DNA of 10,271 nt from Candidatus Scalinduaceae bacterium (GTDB lineage Bacteria > Planctomycetota > Brocadiia > Brocadiales > Scalinduaceae). The first letter of the stretch is position 1, and each line of letters opens with the position of its first letter. Of the stretch, positions 7,344 to 10,271 are shown one piece after another. Under the pieces are notes generated by a model. The model did no database searches and had not been told where the DNA came from. It worked only from the letters and a program-made list of their open reading frames with translations. Position numbers and translations under genes: made by a program. Location: positions 1 to 10,271 of the forward strand of contig JBHICG010000099.1 in NCBI GenBank assembly GCA_046759445.1. The letters run 5' to 3'.

Positions 7344-8369
7344 TTAATCCTCCAATGAATTAAATACTAACCTATCATTTTTTACTGAATAAGTGTAACA
7401 ATCAATGGAATATAATCCTTTTACATCCTCAACACGCTTTTTTAATGCATTTTTCATTTCCGTTTGATTTCCAAAATCTCTTCCGATTAAGATTCCTTTT
7501 ATCATTCTATGTTTAGCACCAGGTATTAAACGTGAAGTCCATTCTATATACCTTATTAATTGATCGATAAAAAAAGGATCGATTATTCCCTTTTTCAGTT
7601 CAAAAACAGTAGCATTTATTGCTAACCACATATCTAATACTTTCTTCTTATATAAGCATACAACATCAATTGCTCCACCTGCGATATATGTGCTAACTTG
7701 GTTTAGAATATCATATCTATAATTTTCATCCAATCCATTTTCAAAACCTGAAAGGTTATGAATAACTTCAGGATTTCTCAATAAGTAGGCTTCTAAATAT
7801 GCTTCCATTACAAACTCTTTAATTGTAGATCCTTTAAATTTTAATAAGTCTATTTCTTCTTCGTGATAATTATGTCCTTTATACTTTTTAGTATATTTTC
7901 CACTCTTTGGATTTTCTTGTAATAAAGCCTGAAGTAATAATATTCCCTCTTCATCTAATAATGTTGTAACAGCTTTATCAATTAGTGCAGAACTATCAAT
8001 TACTGTTTTTATTTTTCCTTCTTCCTTCAAATCCCAAAATATTTGTATAGGAATAGGATTTAAGCAAATATGCTCTCTTAAATATTCGAATTTTATTCTA
8101 TATGGATATTTATCCTTGTCTGCATTATTTTTATCTTTTGTCCACACAATTTTATCATTATAAAATAGTTCACTTGTAATTTCAAAAGGCCCATGAATAA
8201 ATCCTGATGTTCTTAATCCGACTTTATGCGCAGTATAATAAAATACTATATCTCCTTTCCAAATATTTGCTAACTGATTTAAGTTTCTTTCGCTTACTCC
8301 AAACAAACCATATTCTTCACTTATTGAAAAATATTTTGGGGAGTTTAATAAATGAAATTTACGTTGCAT
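7344..8369 (-). CDS. DCD/EVE (PUA-like) domain fused to a NucS-like PD-(D/E)XK nuclease; putative modification-dependent restriction enzyme
   Basis: N-term GLFG...KGDIVFYY...IHGPFE...W...YPYRIKF (DCD/EVE pattern); C-term EAYLEAYL...NQV...IDVV...FELKK...DQLIRY...GILIG (NucS/Mrr-like nuclease core). Confidence 0.78.
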   Translation of the reverse strand: MQRKFHLLNSPKYFSISEEYGLFGVSERNLNQLANIWKGDIVFYYTAHKVGLRTSGFIHGPFEITSELFYNDKIVWTKDKNNADKDKYPYRIKFEYLREHICLNPIPIQIFWDLKEEGKIKTVIDSSALIDKAVTTLLDEEGILLLQALLQENPKSGKYTKKYKGHNYHEEEIDLLKFKGSTIKEFVMEAYLEAYLLRNPEVIHNLSGFENGLDENYRYDILNQVSTYIAGGAIDVVCLYKKKVLDMWLAINATVFELKKGIIDPFFIDQLIRYIEWTSRLIPGAKHRMIKGILIGRDFGNQTEMKNALKKRVEDVKGLYSIDCYTYSVKNDRLVFNSLED

Positions 8370-8394
8370 AATTACACCATCAATTTGTTAGTAA

Positions 8395-9561
8395 CTAATT
8401 ATTTCCAACAACATAACAACACCTACCACCTGGTTTTAATATTCTACAGGTTTCATCAAAACCTTCTTGCATATCAATAAAAAATGCTTCAATTTCTTTT
8501 GCCATCTTCTGGTCTTGCTCATCCATTTGGTTCACCACTGACTGTGCTATCTTACTTTTAAGTTGTCTACCTTCATATCTTTTATGTGCAGTTCCAATAA
8601 ATTCTTTACGATATTCTGTTAAGTCAGGAGTATACTCAAGCCATAGCGTACTGAGTTGATGAAGGTCTGCATACTCATAGCTTGTCACATAAGGACTAGA
8701 CGTTATCTGTATGTCAACAGTTTCATCATCTACAGGCTGCTTTCTGGCATCTCCTCTCTCAATGTTCAAATATTTATCTAGGTTATATTTAATGTGGTCT
8801 GGGACTATTGACCAGAACCCTTTGTTTGCCCTTTCCATCTTTTTTAGATGTCTCTTAAGGCAAATGATTGGTTTTTGGATTCTCTTTTTAAAATCTCTTG
8901 TTGGTTTAGTACTTCCCATTAACCATATAGAAACAGTTTTTAAGATATGACTAAAACAAACAGTGAAAAAATTCTTTATATTAATATCTGATTCTTCTCG
9001 AATTTTAGTTAGTATAATACCTAATTCTTCTTTTACCTCTGGTTTAAACCAATAATCTATTCTTTCTATATTCATTTCTGGTATGTATGGAGTTATTTTA
9101 AACTTTGAAAACCCACCTTCTTTTCCTAAATAAGATAAGTCAAAGAGTAGCGTTTCTATCTTTTTCCTGAGGAAGTCAGGATTAATAGGTGTACTTTTTA
9201 CTCTTGTGATTAACTCAGAAATATAATTTATATCTGTGCCACTGGCTTTATACCCTCTGCTAATTGCAGATACAATTGTTGTCCCGCTTCCCATAAAAAG
9301 ATCATTTACGTGAGGTTCATTAATACCTTTAAGATATTCATCCATAAGTTTTTCAACTAACTGTGGTATAAACTTGGCAGGATAACGGTGATAACAATGA
9401 GTTAATTTTGAAGTGTCACTAGGTTTGTATTCAATAAAAGACCATGCCTTATCAATCTTTTTAGAATTAAACAAATTAACTATTTCAGAGGTAGAAAAAG
9501 CACTATCCTTCCTAACAACAGACTTGTCTATTAGTGAGGTACTACCATGTTTATTATTCAT
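8395..9561 (-). CDS. Site-specific DNA methyltransferase (N4-cytosine-type, motif order X-I-TRD-IV); probably C-terminally truncated
   Basis: THCYHRYPAKF (X), DLFMGSGTT (I), long TRD, ITSSPY (IV), RILKPGGRCCYVVGN (VI), then N and stop, with no room for the final strands. Confidence 0.85.
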   Translation of the reverse strand: MNNKHGSTSLIDKSVVRKDSAFSTSEIVNLFNSKKIDKAWSFIEYKPSDTSKLTHCYHRYPAKFIPQLVEKLMDEYLKGINEPHVNDLFMGSGTTIVSAISRGYKASGTDINYISELITRVKSTPINPDFLRKKIETLLFDLSYLGKEGGFSKFKITPYIPEMNIERIDYWFKPEVKEELGIILTKIREESDINIKNFFTVCFSHILKTVSIWLMGSTKPTRDFKKRIQKPIICLKRHLKKMERANKGFWSIVPDHIKYNLDKYLNIERGDARKQPVDDETVDIQITSSPYVTSYEYADLHQLSTLWLEYTPDLTEYRKEFIGTAHKRYEGRQLKSKIAQSVVNQMDEQDQKMAKEIEAFFIDMQEGFDETCRILKPGGRCCYVVGNN

Positions 9562-9678
9562 AAATTCATATTAATATAATTTTCAAGTAACCTTCACTTC
9601 ATTACAGGATTGCAAGGTGAGTAAATAGCATATTAAAATGTGGTAAAAGTGACCTGTAACTGCTCTAATGACTTAAAT

Positions 9679-9706
9679 ATTATAAAAGAGAGGGTTTGTT
9701 TTGCAA
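9679..9706 (-). promoter_or_regulatory. Putative sigma70 promoter for the methyltransferase-nuclease operon
   Basis: Minus strand TTGCAA(9706-9701)-16 bp-TATAAT(9684-9679). Confidence 0.6.
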
Positions 9707-9718
9707 TGGAAAAGATTG

Positions 9719-9827
9719 TTTACCGCAGAGCTCGCAGAGTACACAGAGAAAAACTAAAATATAGGTGAAAAGACGGAAGGCAAAACTAGAAGCAAGATTC
9801 ACCGCAGAGACGCAGAGAACGCAAAGG
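9719..9827 (+). repeat. Two ACCGCAGAG-(N)-CGCAGAG-(N)-CRCARAG repeats
   Basis: ACCGCAGAGCTCGCAGAGTACACAGAG at 9722 and ACCGCAGAGACGCAGAGAACGCAAAG at 9801; each is three 8-9-nt subunits. Confidence 0.85.
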
Positions 9828-9862
9828 AAAGACTGTTTTATTTATAGTCCCCCATTATCCTG

Positions 9863-10252
9863 TTATTTTTTTTGACTCATTTTTTTCAGATAGTCCTTTA
9901 TCTTCTTATCCTCTTCTGGCGTTATAAGATCTCTGTATTCCCTCCAATTATGCATGGTATCATGTATGCCGTCGATTGTCTTTACCCACTGTTCAGGAGT
10001 ATAACCATAGGCGTCAATGTCCTGTAGTTCATGACAGGGAAAACATTTCTCCTTGTAAAGCTTCTGGCCGACCAGGCCCGCTTCTTCCTTATGTAACTCC
10101 TCTTTGACCAACTCCTCTTTATGCGAATCCTCTCTGGATAACTCCTCCTTTTGCACATCCTTTGTCACCGTTGTCGTGCAGCCTGAAATAATCTGCTGAA
10201 TAAGAAGCAGAAAAACTATCAAAATTGTATAAACATTAGAACGTTTCTTCAT
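9863..10252 (-). CDS. Monoheme cytochrome c, probable lipoprotein
   Basis: Basic/hydrophobic signal with ISGC lipobox-like site; GQKLYKEKCFPCH (CxxCH at 10045-10031); YTPEQW...TMH candidate distal ligand; KEEL repeat linker. Confidence 0.85.
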   Translation of the reverse strand: MKKRSNVYTILIVFLLLIQQIISGCTTTVTKDVQKEELSREDSHKEELVKEELHKEEAGLVGQKLYKEKCFPCHELQDIDAYGYTPEQWVKTIDGIHDTMHNWREYRDLITPEEDKKIKDYLKKMSQKK

Positions 10253-10271
10253 ATGAAGATATTTAAAATAT

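Noticed and set aside
8711..8950. 79-aa plus-strand ORF
   Set aside because: Antisense to the methyltransferase.
5881..9700. Integron or IS as carrier of the defence island
   Set aside because: No integrase or transposase and no complete attC structure seen.
9719..9830. CRISPR array or c-di-GMP-I riboswitch (GGCAAAAC...ACGCAAAG)
   Set aside because: Only two non-identical repeats and no cas genes; the riboswitch P2 stem and GAAA loop cannot be formed.

Overview
AT-rich bacterial window, probably from an anaerobic respirer (host not determinable from sequence alone). Left: 3' part of a DMSO-reductase-family molybdopterin oxidoreductase (PsrA/TtrA/ArrA-like) and its TorD/DmsD chaperone. Next come a small membrane-anchored protein with a 23-aa duplication and, convergent with it, a ZIP-family metal transporter whose cytoplasmic loop carries two degenerate cNMP-binding domains, behind a perfect FNR/CRP-type box. 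Middle-right (all - strand): a decaying defence island with a C-terminally truncated N4C/N6A DNA methyltransferase, an intact DCD/EVE(PUA)-NucS-like nuclease coupled to a small acidic protein, a second broken methyltransferase, hicB and a hicA frameshifted in an A8 tract. Right: a monoheme cytochrome c lipoprotein. Same-strand ACCRCAGAG-type repeats sit between the modules. Family calls rest on recognised motifs; no database search was run.
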